DNA of 64,000 nucleotides from a virus (Duplodnaviria; Caudoviricetes), in the IMG/VR virus record IMGVR_UViG_3300046678_000974, positions 12,409 through 76,408 of that record. The stretch is one strand, 5' to 3'. The notes beneath the pieces were generated by a model. That model was not told where the DNA came from. It searched no databases and saw only the letters and a program-made list of their open reading frames with translations. Made by a program: the position numbers and the translations under genes. Positions 18,884-27,953 of the stretch are shown here, piece after piece. The stretch's first letter is position 1, and the number at the start of each line of letters is the position of its first letter.

Positions 18884-21800
18884 GGCGTCTTCTTGATCCC
18901 CGCAAACGAACTGCCGATCACCCCAGCGGCTGGTGTATTAATCACACCAGTATCTTGATTGCCCGAGGAACCCTGTGGATCACCGGTCGAGACTGATACT
19001 CCGAAGAATATATCAGCATTACGTACCATCTCATTGGTAAGTGCCTGCCAATATGCATTGAACACTGGTGCCACAACACCAGAAGGTGCTGGTACCGGTG
19101 GTAATGGTGGCCCGCTGGCCGGTGATGTAGCCAATTGCGGTACTACAGTGTTAGGACTAACACGATCGCCCGGACCATTCTTAGGGGAGGTCGCAAATGC
19201 CTGACCACCAATATGTTGGTTCCGCAAGGGACAAACGAACTGGAGAATGGTCGGCAAATCTTGATTGAGATTGGCAGTAATTGATGGATCAACATCCTGT
19301 GTCACACAGAGATGGAAGCCGTCAGGTGAACTACCCCGCCACAATGCTCCAAAGGTTTGCAGACAATTCCAGATCATCTGTCCTTCCGTAGTCAATCCAT
19401 TTGGCATGATCGCTGATTGAGGGATACCCACCGTGGTACCAGCGACCAGATTGCCAGTGTATGGCACGATGTCTTGCAGGTCTTGTTTCTTTTGCGGCCA
19501 TGATGCCGGTGTCAGATTATCCGATCCATCACTGCTACCACTGCGCAAGAACTGAGGAGCATGCATATAGCGAAGCATATGGGTGATGGCTGGATAGGTT
19601 GTGTTTCGATTGGGATCGAAATCGTATGAGGTCAACATTCCGGGGATACCACTGTACCCGTAATTAGATGACTCTTGATCCTCACCGTAATGATCACTGG
19701 TTGGATCATCGGTCTCGCCAAACGATGCGAACACATTCTGGTCACCGGTGATGGGTGACTGATTGATGTCAACGAAGCTCCATGTGGTTTTGGGATTACC
19801 GGAGATATCCCAGACATTAAAGCTATTGCGACCAAACGAAGCACCTGATGTAGGGCCGGGGGTATACGCCTCCAAAGGTATATGGAGATTGGCAGTCAGA
19901 CCGCTGTCGCGTTGATACGCGTCTGGGGCGGTAGCAAATGTGCTGATCGGATCACTTGCAGCGGCAAACCAGATCACATCACCCTGTGCGATTGACGGCG
20001 TGACACTACCGCCGTGACGGAGATCGATGGTATCGCTATCACTGTTCTGTCCCCAAACGGCACCACTACCGAGTTTGGTCACCCAGACACTCGGGCCACC
20101 AACGGTGCCGGTGGAACCATCGCCGCCGGGGACGTCCCAATAATTGCGTGGAGCGACCACAGGTGCTGGTGGTGGAAAGATCGGTGGTGGCGTTGGAGGG
20201 GGTTGTACAGGCGGCCCAGGTGGCAACACAGGCGGTCCCGGTGGTTGCACTGGAGGGGTTGGTACAGGCGGGGTTGGCCCAATAGGGCTTGGCGGTACTG
20301 GAACGGTTACATTAAACGTGCCAGTCAATGTAACGAGACTACGCGATGGTAGTTGCAGATTGAAATTACCGGTGACTGTCAAGTTCTGTTGGATAGGTGG
20401 GTTGGCGTGTGCCGGTGACAGTTCCCAATAGATCGCAGTTTGGTTCGGCAATCCGATCAAGGTAACAATTTGCGTAGATGGTGAATAGTTGATGAACGCG
20501 GTGCTGAATGAATAGGTATCAACAGAGGCTTCAATTGCTCCGCCGATTTTTACTGTGCTGGCAAGACAAATCACATTCGTCAAAGCCGGACCAACTGATG
20601 AAAAGACTTGGGTACCACCCATGATTCTTCCAAGTTGCCCCAACATATAGCCCATTGGTCGAATATTAGAACCGTCGTTATTGACGATAGTGAAGTTATT
20701 ATTCTGGCCAATAGTCCAGATAGCCCCACCCATGATGTTATTATCGAGATTGGCACGAGCACCCAAAGTGTAGAGCGCACCGAAGATTGCACCATCGATC
20801 GTTTGCATCATCGGTTCAGAACCGTTAAAATCAATATTCCATTCGCCCAAAAATATTGGAATATTGGGGAAGGCTGCTCGCATGGTCGCAATATCGCTGG
20901 TTTGGCGATTGATGATCGATGAAAATAACGAGAAGTTGTTAGTATAACTACCAGTCACATAGGTGTGGTATGACACAAAATCTGGATTGTGTGACACCAA
21001 TGGAGTGTTAAAATCGCTTCGGGCAAACGAGGTGGTAGGCCCACCTACTTGATAGTTGGGGTTGACCGACTTCAGAGCATTACGGATTGTATCAAAGGTA
21101 TTAAAATAACTGATCTGATCAGCATCAGGTTCATTCCAATATTCCCAATAGAAACATTCGAAACCATTATTCTTGAAGAAGTTGGCTAATGCGATTGCTT
21201 GGGACGCACTACCTTTGGTCGCAAGACCACCAAAGGTAAACACCTGCTGCATACGGGATAGATCAGACGCGCTAGTCGGTTGTTGCCACATCTGACTCCG
21301 CAAACCAGTGAGCCAGTTGTTCTGCATTGTAATGTTTTGATTGCCACCACCGGGCCAATGATCAAGTGATCCCTGTGTGTTATGACGAAACAAACGCCAG
21401 TTCTGTTGGTGATAAGTTGATTGCCAACCGGGATTAGCGGCGGCTCCATAATCATTAACCCCCGGCGAGTTCAATCCCTCGGACCCAACACCCCAAATAA
21501 ATGGCGAGATTTGACCGACAGGTGTTGTAAGACCGATGACCACTTGCGTACCGACAGCCGGTGATGGGCTGGGCGAAGGAGGCGGCGCCGGTACTGGTGG
21601 GGGAGAGGGAGGTTGTCCAGGTAGATTGGGGGGCGGTGTAACTGGTCCGGTGCTGAAGCTATTGGTTAATTCGATGTATTGAAACCAGTTGCCAGTGGTT
21701 GCATCAGCGGCATAGATGAAGTTATCAAATAGATCGGCCTGCCCAGTATTGCTGCCACCGGGTACTGCGCTGCCATCTTTGTTGAAGTTTAGATTTAAAC

Positions 21801-23565
21801 CAATGGTATAGGTATGACCATTGAGTACCAACGATCCATTACCAGATGTGATATAAGTCGTGGTACTAGGTGGTGTCGGTGTTGGTGTCGGACCGGGTGG
21901 CGATGGCATTACCACACCTATCGTCGGATCGACAGATGTACCAGAACCGGGAGACCACACATCGGATGGAAAGGTTTTTGCCCACCATAGATTGGATGAG
22001 TTTTTTTGCCAAACTTGTCCACTGATATAAGCAATTTCAATCACATTCGATGATTGGCCATCGGAGTTTCCGTTCACGCCGACGGAACCATCACCCAAGA
22101 TTGTCCAAACAGTACCATCGACGCCGGTGATACTAGCCCATGGCGGAACTTGAACACCATTCAAACTGGGAGTCACACCGGGCGAAGGAGGCGGCGAAGG
22201 CGGAGGTGGGCCAACCGGTGGGATAGGTACAGTCGAACCACTAAATGGCAGCGTACTTAACATCACCACTGAAATGGCGGGTACGTTAACCGTTAGATTG
22301 GTGGTCGTCGTTTGATGCGGGGTGTTCTGATTGACCGAACCAATCTCCCAGTAGTTGTATGTCCTGCCGGGAATATCGCCGGTAACACTGAGTGTAATCG
22401 ATTGCTGCGATGATCCGTAGTTGATCAATTGGATCGTATAATCATTACCATTCTTGGTCGCCAATACACCGAGGTTGCTGGCCGAACCAATGATCGTCAC
22501 TTGTTGTCCAGCCATCCAGCGTGCGCATTGGGAAACAGTATAGCCAGTCGGACGAATGAACCCAGCAGGTGCACTGCCGTTTCCGTTTAGCGGAATGACA
22601 CCGAAGTTGCTATCACCAAACAAGTTCCAGTGACCACCATAAACCACATTAGCGCCAGATTTGGCGACAGACTGCATGGCGAGAGCCGAGTGACAGGCAC
22701 CCACATACGATCCGTTGTCCCCATCGCTTCCGTTAAAACTGACATTGTGTTCGGTGATTGCCTGTGGTTTGTTGGCAGTCACATTGGCGATCGGAATAGC
22801 GAGATTATTTCCCCAAACACTGGCATCGTTCAAGTTTTGTGTTGGTGACTCGGTACCGGTCGCGCCAGACGTATAGCGATGCCATGAGCAGCCAGCAAAT
22901 TGCGACCCCAAAGTATTCTGGGCATTTTGCGCATCATCTTGGTAAGGGAAATCATCCGCTAATCCGAAGACATGGTGGGTGTTTCCGGTACCATCATTGT
23001 ACGCAGCGAGTGCTGTAGCGACTGCACTGATACAGGCGAGATGAGTGCTAATGTTTTGGCCATGGGGGTATTCATTGAATACCTCCCAGAGGTAGCACGG
23101 AAATCCCTTGCTGAACGCGTACTGTGCGAGTTGGACGAATTGTTGACCGAGTAGCGCTCGATCGTTGGCATTCGACAGATTGAGCCAAGGTGGTGCGCCG
23201 GGACACAGCATCAACTGGGTCGTTGCTGGGTTCATGAACTTAAGGGCGTTATTGAAGAGATCGCCTACCCAAGTGTTGAAGTTGGGACTAGCTCCCCTTG
23301 ACGGGAAACACCCACCCATAACGAAGCTGGAGGCCAGAGGATTGGCGGGTGATGGGCGAGAATTATCCCAGTTGAAGCGCAGGAAGGGGATGGAGATTTG
23401 GGAGGCCAGCGACTGGAAGGTTGAACTCGTGCAAGCTTCACCGGCAAACGGGGTCTGACTCTGGAACGAGTCCATCTGCATCTGATTGGTGGCGAACCCA
23501 TAGAGGGTACGGGGAACGATGATGCCAGTAGTGCTGGTAAGATTGACGGTAATGTTGACCATCAA
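18880..23565 (-). CDS. Giant multidomain glycosidase-like fibre: two GH39-like barrels + repeat modules + C-terminal domain of unknown function
   Basis: 1561 aa; WEVFNEYP/AITEHN and WEYWNEPD/IFLGEWN clan GH-A motifs; Pro-rich linkers. Confidence 0.8.
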   Translation of the reverse strand: MMVNITVNLTSTTGIIVPRTLYGFATNQMQMDSFQSQTPFAGEACTSSTFQSLASQISIPFLRFNWDNSRPSPANPLASSFVMGGCFPSRGASPNFNTWVGDLFNNALKFMNPATTQLMLCPGAPPWLNLSNANDRALLGQQFVQLAQYAFSKGFPCYLWEVFNEYPHGQNISTHLACISAVATALAAYNDGTGNTHHVFGLADDFPYQDDAQNAQNTLGSQFAGCSWHRYTSGATGTESPTQNLNDASVWGNNLAIPIANVTANKPQAITEHNVSFNGSDGDNGSYVGACHSALAMQSVAKSGANVVYGGHWNLFGDSNFGVIPLNGNGSAPAGFIRPTGYTVSQCARWMAGQQVTIIGSASNLGVLATKNGNDYTIQLINYGSSQQSITLSVTGDIPGRTYNYWEIGSVNQNTPHQTTTTNLTVNVPAISVVMLSTLPFSGSTVPIPPVGPPPPSPPPSPGVTPSLNGVQVPPWASITGVDGTVWTILGDGSVGVNGNSDGQSSNVIEIAYISGQVWQKNSSNLWWAKTFPSDVWSPGSGTSVDPTIGVVMPSPPGPTPTPTPPSTTTYITSGNGSLVLNGHTYTIGLNLNFNKDGSAVPGGSNTGQADLFDNFIYAADATTGNWFQYIELTNSFSTGPVTPPPNLPGQPPSPPPVPAPPPSPSPSPAVGTQVVIGLTTPVGQISPFIWGVGSEGLNSPGVNDYGAAANPGWQSTYHQQNWRLFRHNTQGSLDHWPGGGNQNITMQNNWLTGLRSQMWQQPTSASDLSRMQQVFTFGGLATKGSASQAIALANFFKNNGFECFYWEYWNEPDADQISYFNTFDTIRNALKSVNPNYQVGGPTTSFARSDFNTPLVSHNPDFVSYHTYVTGSYTNNFSLFSSIINRQTSDIATMRAAFPNIPIFLGEWNIDFNGSEPMMQTIDGAIFGALYTLGARANLDNNIMGGAIWTIGQNNNFTIVNNDGSNIRPMGYMLGQLGRIMGGTQVFSSVGPALTNVICLASTVKIGGAIEASVDTYSFSTAFINYSPSTQIVTLIGLPNQTAIYWELSPAHANPPIQQNLTVTGNFNLQLPSRSLVTLTGTFNVTVPVPPSPIGPTPPVPTPPVQPPGPPVLPPGPPVQPPPTPPPIFPPPAPVVAPRNYWDVPGGDGSTGTVGGPSVWVTKLGSGAVWGQNSDSDTIDLRHGGSVTPSIAQGDVIWFAAASDPISTFATAPDAYQRDSGLTANLHIPLEAYTPGPTSGASFGRNSFNVWDISGNPKTTWSFVDINQSPITGDQNVFASFGETDDPTSDHYGEDQESSNYGYSGIPGMLTSYDFDPNRNTTYPAITHMLRYMHAPQFLRSGSSDGSDNLTPASWPQKKQDLQDIVPYTGNLVAGTTVGIPQSAIMPNGLTTEGQMIWNCLQTFGALWRGSSPDGFHLCVTQDVDPSITANLNQDLPTILQFVCPLRNQHIGGQAFATSPKNGPGDRVSPNTVVPQLATSPASGPPLPPVPAPSGVVAPVFNAYWQALTNEMVRNADIFFGVSVSTGDPQGSSGNQDTGVINTPAAGVIGSSFAGIKKTP

Positions 23566-23599
23566 CTATTTACCGGCCATCTCTCCGGTCTCTCAAGGT

Positions 23600-24230
23600 A
23601 ACACCTGTCTCAAAAATGAGACAGCAATCATACGCTCCAGCGCAATCGAACCATTGCTCTGATAATTAAAAAAATGTAATCTTGCTGTTATATGATTTTT
23701 CAGACGACAACCACTTGTCGGCATCTGTGTCGTCATTTGGCAATTTTTTAGACGACCTGTCATTTGCAAAAAAAAAGACAGGGCGACCAGCAGGGAGCCA
23801 CTGTACCCCTCTGGGGACGACGACTGGCAGGTCGCGATTGCCAGCCCTGTACGCTCTTCTGGCGGCGATAGCGATCCTGTTCTGTACCAGCCCTGCCTTG
23901 CTGTCGCTTTTCCGATTCAAAGTACCAAAACTTCGCAAGGCTAAGCAAGGAAGCTCTGCTTCCGCAGCGTGCCGCAGCGAATGATTGTTTTCTGCGACGG
24001 GCGGGCGAAGCCCCGCCTGTCGCTGAACAACGGGCGACTCAATGGCGCCAGTCGGCCCTTCTTCGTCTTCTCTTCGACCAGTGGTCTCTGTATCTGAGGG
24101 AGCGACATATGTCGCTCCCTATCGTTTGAGGGGGGTTGTCAAACCCCTGTCAAATCTGAACCTACAGAAGTCAATGACTATAGAGAGAGGATTCATATTA
24201 GACATGGCTTTGACAGGGGTTTGACAAGGG
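23600..24230. other. Hairpin-rich intergenic region (possible origin/ssi or regulatory RNA)
   Basis: Hairpins ctgtctca-aaaa-tgagacag and gcgacgggcggg...cccgcctgtcgc; 24-bp palindrome agggagcgacatatgtcgctccct; 19-bp inverted repeat pair. Confidence 0.5.
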
Positions 24231-25118
24231 AGGGTAGCAACTTGCGAACAGGACATATGATCCGCTGGTTATGCGCCAGTTGGGATCGAAGTTTTTGGTG
24301 GGACGAAATGGTCCCATGTCAATGCGTTGCCCATCAATCATGAGAATGACACGGGGGTCTTTGGCGGGATCAAGGTGATTTGTCAAAGCAATCATTTGAT
24401 TGGGGAATAACCGCTCACCTTGCTGATACAGAAAGCCCACATGATCATAGGAATTGAAATCGGCTGTGAATGCCCGACTCTCGTCTGTCCATGTAGTGCC
24501 ATGCTTCATCTTCTTGCTGCGAGTTCGATTGCCCAGAAACTCATGGGCTGATTCAGTGCGGCAATTGATGGCTTTTTGCGAGCCATCTTTATAGAACAAT
24601 TCAATCTTGAGCCACCATTCACTGAAATGTTTGCGCCGATGTGCAGGGATATCGAGTTCGTGACTAATCTGGCATTGGATTTTTTTCACCTTCTCCACTT
24701 GAATCCCCTGCCATTTGGTGATCTCTTTGGGAGAAGTTGGTGGGTTTGTGTTATCTGGCGCATCAGTGCGGTGTTCGACATCAGCGACACGGTCACTGAA
24801 CTCCTTGACCCACACACTCTGTGCGTTAAGACGACCTTCGAGCCGACGTATTACTGCGTCTTGTATGTCGATCGTTTTAGTAAAGCGCTTGATGATGTGC
24901 TCTTCGAACTCATCGAAAAGTTTATGAACTTGTTCGGCAGTATAATATTCAGGTTCATTCGGCTCGGTCGGAGCAGCATGCAACTGTATGACGTTTGACA
25001 TTGGGTAATCCTTTGATGTTTTCCTTGTCATGATATCATTCCCTTGATCATTTTCGGATGGGTGGTCTAGCAGAGTACCTAGAGGAGGCCAATCCCCTAG
25101 GTAGCTCCGACCCATCAC
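24198..25118 (-). CDS. Hypothetical protein (start probably downstream, e.g. MTRKTSK or MSNVIQL)
   Basis: Long ORF with coiled-coil N-terminal part; no family recognised. Confidence 0.55.
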   Translation of the reverse strand: MMGRSYLGDWPPLGTLLDHPSENDQGNDIMTRKTSKDYPMSNVIQLHAAPTEPNEPEYYTAEQVHKLFDEFEEHIIKRFTKTIDIQDAVIRRLEGRLNAQSVWVKEFSDRVADVEHRTDAPDNTNPPTSPKEITKWQGIQVEKVKKIQCQISHELDIPAHRRKHFSEWWLKIELFYKDGSQKAINCRTESAHEFLGNRTRSKKMKHGTTWTDESRAFTADFNSYDHVGFLYQQGERLFPNQMIALTNHLDPAKDPRVILMIDGQRIDMGPFRPTKNFDPNWRITSGSYVLFASCYPPLSNPCQSHV

Positions 25119-25200
25119 GACATTATCAAAGGACGATGCCCGCTAAAGCATCACATCTATTTATACCACTTCCATCAAAACACCGCAATAGCGCAAGTTA

Positions 25201-25677
25201 TCAACCACGTATCGGGTCTTGTGCCCATGTGATCTCCTGCGCCCCATCGATCTCCCGCTGTGATGGTTTGCTGCCGCGTATCGTCTCACCCCGTACCATT
25301 TGGACCTCTGGCTTCAGTTGCTCCTTGCCCAGACTGATCTTGCTACCACGGATGATCTCCCGCCGCGAACACACACGGCGTACCTCTTGCATCTCATTGC
25401 GCCATTCTAGATCGATGTGCAACCGATCATCCGTCTCCCATACCATCGCCACCGCAATCGCGTCAAATGCCATGGACATTATCTGGATGCGTTGCGCAAT
25501 CGTGTCATCGAGTTCAACGCGGATTATCTTTTCGTCTGGGCGATAGAATATCGCGATCGGCTGTATCGATCCAGTCTTCTCAAAGTCCAACTTGCTACGG
25601 AACTTGGTGTCAGCCAATAAATGTAAGGCTTGTTTTTGTGTTAAATATTCGGTTTTATTCATCCCTATTCGCCCCAA
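25201..25677 (-). CDS. Hypothetical protein
   Basis: 158-aa ORF, divergent from the next gene across an AT-rich spacer. Confidence 0.55.
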   Translation of the reverse strand: MGRIGMNKTEYLTQKQALHLLADTKFRSKLDFEKTGSIQPIAIFYRPDEKIIRVELDDTIAQRIQIMSMAFDAIAVAMVWETDDRLHIDLEWRNEMQEVRRVCSRREIIRGSKISLGKEQLKPEVQMVRGETIRGSKPSQREIDGAQEITWAQDPIRG

Positions 25678-25727
25678 TAAATGTTATATTTATAAATAGA
25701 TCAAGATATCAACACAGAGGAACTCGT

Positions 25728-26072
25728 ATGAAGTCTGCCCCTTTTAGTATCTCAGCGTTTTGGCGGAATGATCGACCCGAAGGTATTGCGGTCTTATTTC
25801 ACGGCGGTGATAATCTGGCTGCCATTGAACATAAGATCGCGTTGGCCTGCGAAGAAATGGATCAGCCTGACCATGATCACAGTGCGATTCTGCTGGCACA
25901 ATTAGCCGAATATGCCAGTCGTCGTGACGCATTGTCTCTTGATGAGAAGATCGATGTTGCTTGTCTGATCGGTGCCTTGCAGCATGTTGGTGTGATCATC
26001 GCAGATAACTTCAATGGTCTGATGATCATCAAAGGTAGAATCCCTATCTATAATGATGAGAAGATCGTCTGA
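25728..26072 (+). CDS. Hypothetical protein
   Basis: Start MKSAPF with GAGGA RBS. Confidence 0.55.
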   Translation: MKSAPFSISAFWRNDRPEGIAVLFHGGDNLAAIEHKIALACEEMDQPDHDHSAILLAQLAEYASRRDALSLDEKIDVACLIGALQHVGVIIADNFNGLMIIKGRIPIYNDEKIV

Positions 26073-26233
26073 TGATCATGCGTGAAGTAAAGTCTGATAT
26101 CTCCATGCTGGATGACCAGCATCGGGTACTACACTAAATATTTTCGTGCCGTGACATGGTGCCGGTCGAGATGTCCGGACTACTGTTATCTTCTCCTTTC
26201 GGGATATAGGTTGTGAAACATTGCGGCACTCCC

Positions 26234-26340
26234 TTGTAATCCCAAGGTGATTGGTCTATATTAAAGTCTCTGGGTCACGTCCTGTTCCGGAAAACCCCTC
26301 AGTAGCATTCGCTCCTAGCTACTGAGGGGTTTTCTATTTG
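26234..26340 (+). ncRNA. Candidate ~70-nt small RNA or attenuator
   Basis: TTGTAA-17-TATATT promoter (26234-26262), no ORF, then 17-bp stem gaaaacccctcagtagc/gctactgaggggttttc followed by U-rich tail. Confidence 0.45.
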
Positions 26341-26371
26341 ACGGTAAATATCCGAAAGGATTCTTTCGCGA

Positions 26372-26767
26372 ATGGACCTGTCCCATCTTATCGGTACTGA
26401 CATCGCCATTACATCGTCCGTCAATGCCACTGCTGATCTGTTGAACATTGTCAATCCGATCGAAGGACAGCAACGCGTGCTTCGGCGTCTGTTGACCAAT
26501 CCCGGTGATTACGTTTGGCAACCCATCTATGGTGCAGGACTGGCACGATTCGTTGGTCAGCCAATCAACAATCTCACTCTCAGCGGTACAATTCGTCAGC
26601 AGATGAAGCTGGAACGAGCGGTTAAACAAGTGCCACCTCCCAATGTCACCCTCGCCAGTCAACCTACCGGTGTGGTGGTCGCAGGAGTTCAATATATCGA
26701 TGCTGATACCAATCTTACCTCGGCGTTGAGCATCCCGCTATCAGACTTGCCGCAGGCGGGAGCATAA
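26372..26767 (+). CDS. Baseplate wedge initiator (gpW/gp25-like)
   Basis: QRVLRRLLTNPGDYVWQPIYGAGLARFVG motif; directly upstream of J. Confidence 0.75.
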   Translation: MDLSHLIGTDIAITSSVNATADLLNIVNPIEGQQRVLRRLLTNPGDYVWQPIYGAGLARFVGQPINNLTLSGTIRQQMKLERAVKQVPPPNVTLASQPTGVVVAGVQYIDADTNLTSALSIPLSDLPQAGA

Positions 26768-26770
26768 ACC

Positions 26771-27946
26771 ATGACATTGTTTACCAAAAACTTTGATCAA
26801 ATGGTCGATGCACAACAAGCATCGCTCCAAGTCGCCAATCCATTGTTTACGTTCTCGGCTGGTTCCGACGTCCAAGCCTTCGCAGAAGCCAATGCTGGGA
26901 TCGCACTGTTCCTCCAATATTTGATCTTCAAGACCCTGACACAAACTCGACTGGCTACCAGCTTCGGTGCGGATGTCGATAGTTTCGGCGCTGATTTTTT
27001 ATTCGCGAGATACCCAGCGATCTCTGCTACCGGTCAAATCTTGATTACGCGGTTTACTGCTCCCAATGAAATCCGTATCCCGATCAATGCCGTGGTCAAG
27101 ACATCAGATAATGCCGTCAGTTTTGCCATCATCCCCGATAGTAACAACGCTACCTATAACGCAGGGTTTCAAAGTTATGTTATGAATCCGGGGGTGTTCC
27201 AAGTCTCGGCATTGGTCAAAGCTATAGTACCCGGTACTATAGGCAATGTCGCTGCCAATACAGTGACCAAGCTGTCAGCCTCCTTGGCGATCGGCTCATT
27301 GACCAATCTGGCACCCTTCGTTAATGGCGTCGATCAAGAATCGGATGCGGCATATAAGAATCGGTTTCAGTTTTATATCAATACTCGTTCGGCCAGCACC
27401 CGTCTTGCTATTGAGAACGCGATCATCAACACCCAGACCGGTTTGACTTATACCATCAATGAAAATGTTGATGCCGAGTTTAAGCCATTGCCGGGACAGG
27501 TCACCATCTATGTTGATGATGGTACCGGGTTTCCGCCTGACATACTGTTTGCTGGTACAGTGGCAACACCGGGGCTGTGGCAGAACATCAACAATGTAAG
27601 ACCCGCTGCGGTATCGTTCACTGTCGAACCAGCCCATCCGGTACCAGTGAATATCGAAGTCAGTACCATCTTCAATCCGGGATATAACAGAAACGATTTT
27701 GTTGGACTTATCGGTACTGCTATCGCCAACTACATCAATTCGCTTGCAGTAGGGCAGACCCTGTATATGACGCGCTTGTATCAGGTGATCTACGATAGTG
27801 TTCCGGGTGCTCTGGCTGATGCGCATGATCTATTGATCAATGGCGATTCAGTCGATGTCACTGTGACACCGGCGGAAGTCCTGCGGTTCATCAGCAATGC
27901 ACCGCCCGGATCAGATATCCCACCGAGCGAAATGACCATAGATTGA
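26771..27946 (+). CDS. Baseplate J-like protein
   Basis: ATGQILITRF...GTIGNVAANT...NGVDQESDAAYKNRF...VTIYVDDGTG...VRPAAV. Confidence 0.9.
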   Translation: MTLFTKNFDQMVDAQQASLQVANPLFTFSAGSDVQAFAEANAGIALFLQYLIFKTLTQTRLATSFGADVDSFGADFLFARYPAISATGQILITRFTAPNEIRIPINAVVKTSDNAVSFAIIPDSNNATYNAGFQSYVMNPGVFQVSALVKAIVPGTIGNVAANTVTKLSASLAIGSLTNLAPFVNGVDQESDAAYKNRFQFYINTRSASTRLAIENAIINTQTGLTYTINENVDAEFKPLPGQVTIYVDDGTGFPPDILFAGTVATPGLWQNINNVRPAAVSFTVEPAHPVPVNIEVSTIFNPGYNRNDFVGLIGTAIANYINSLAVGQTLYMTRLYQVIYDSVPGALADAHDLLINGDSVDVTVTPAEVLRFISNAPPGSDIPPSEMTID

Positions 27947-27953
27947 GGCAGTA

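Noticed and set aside
17731-20431. Gly/Val-rich antisense ORFs (e.g. 17731-17997, 20144-20431, 7092-7526)
   Set aside because: Mirror frames of Pro/Thr-rich linkers in the true minus-strand genes.
23666-23984. ORFs of 90-100 aa in the hairpin-rich region
   Set aside because: No RBS, low-complexity translation, and they overlap dense secondary structure.
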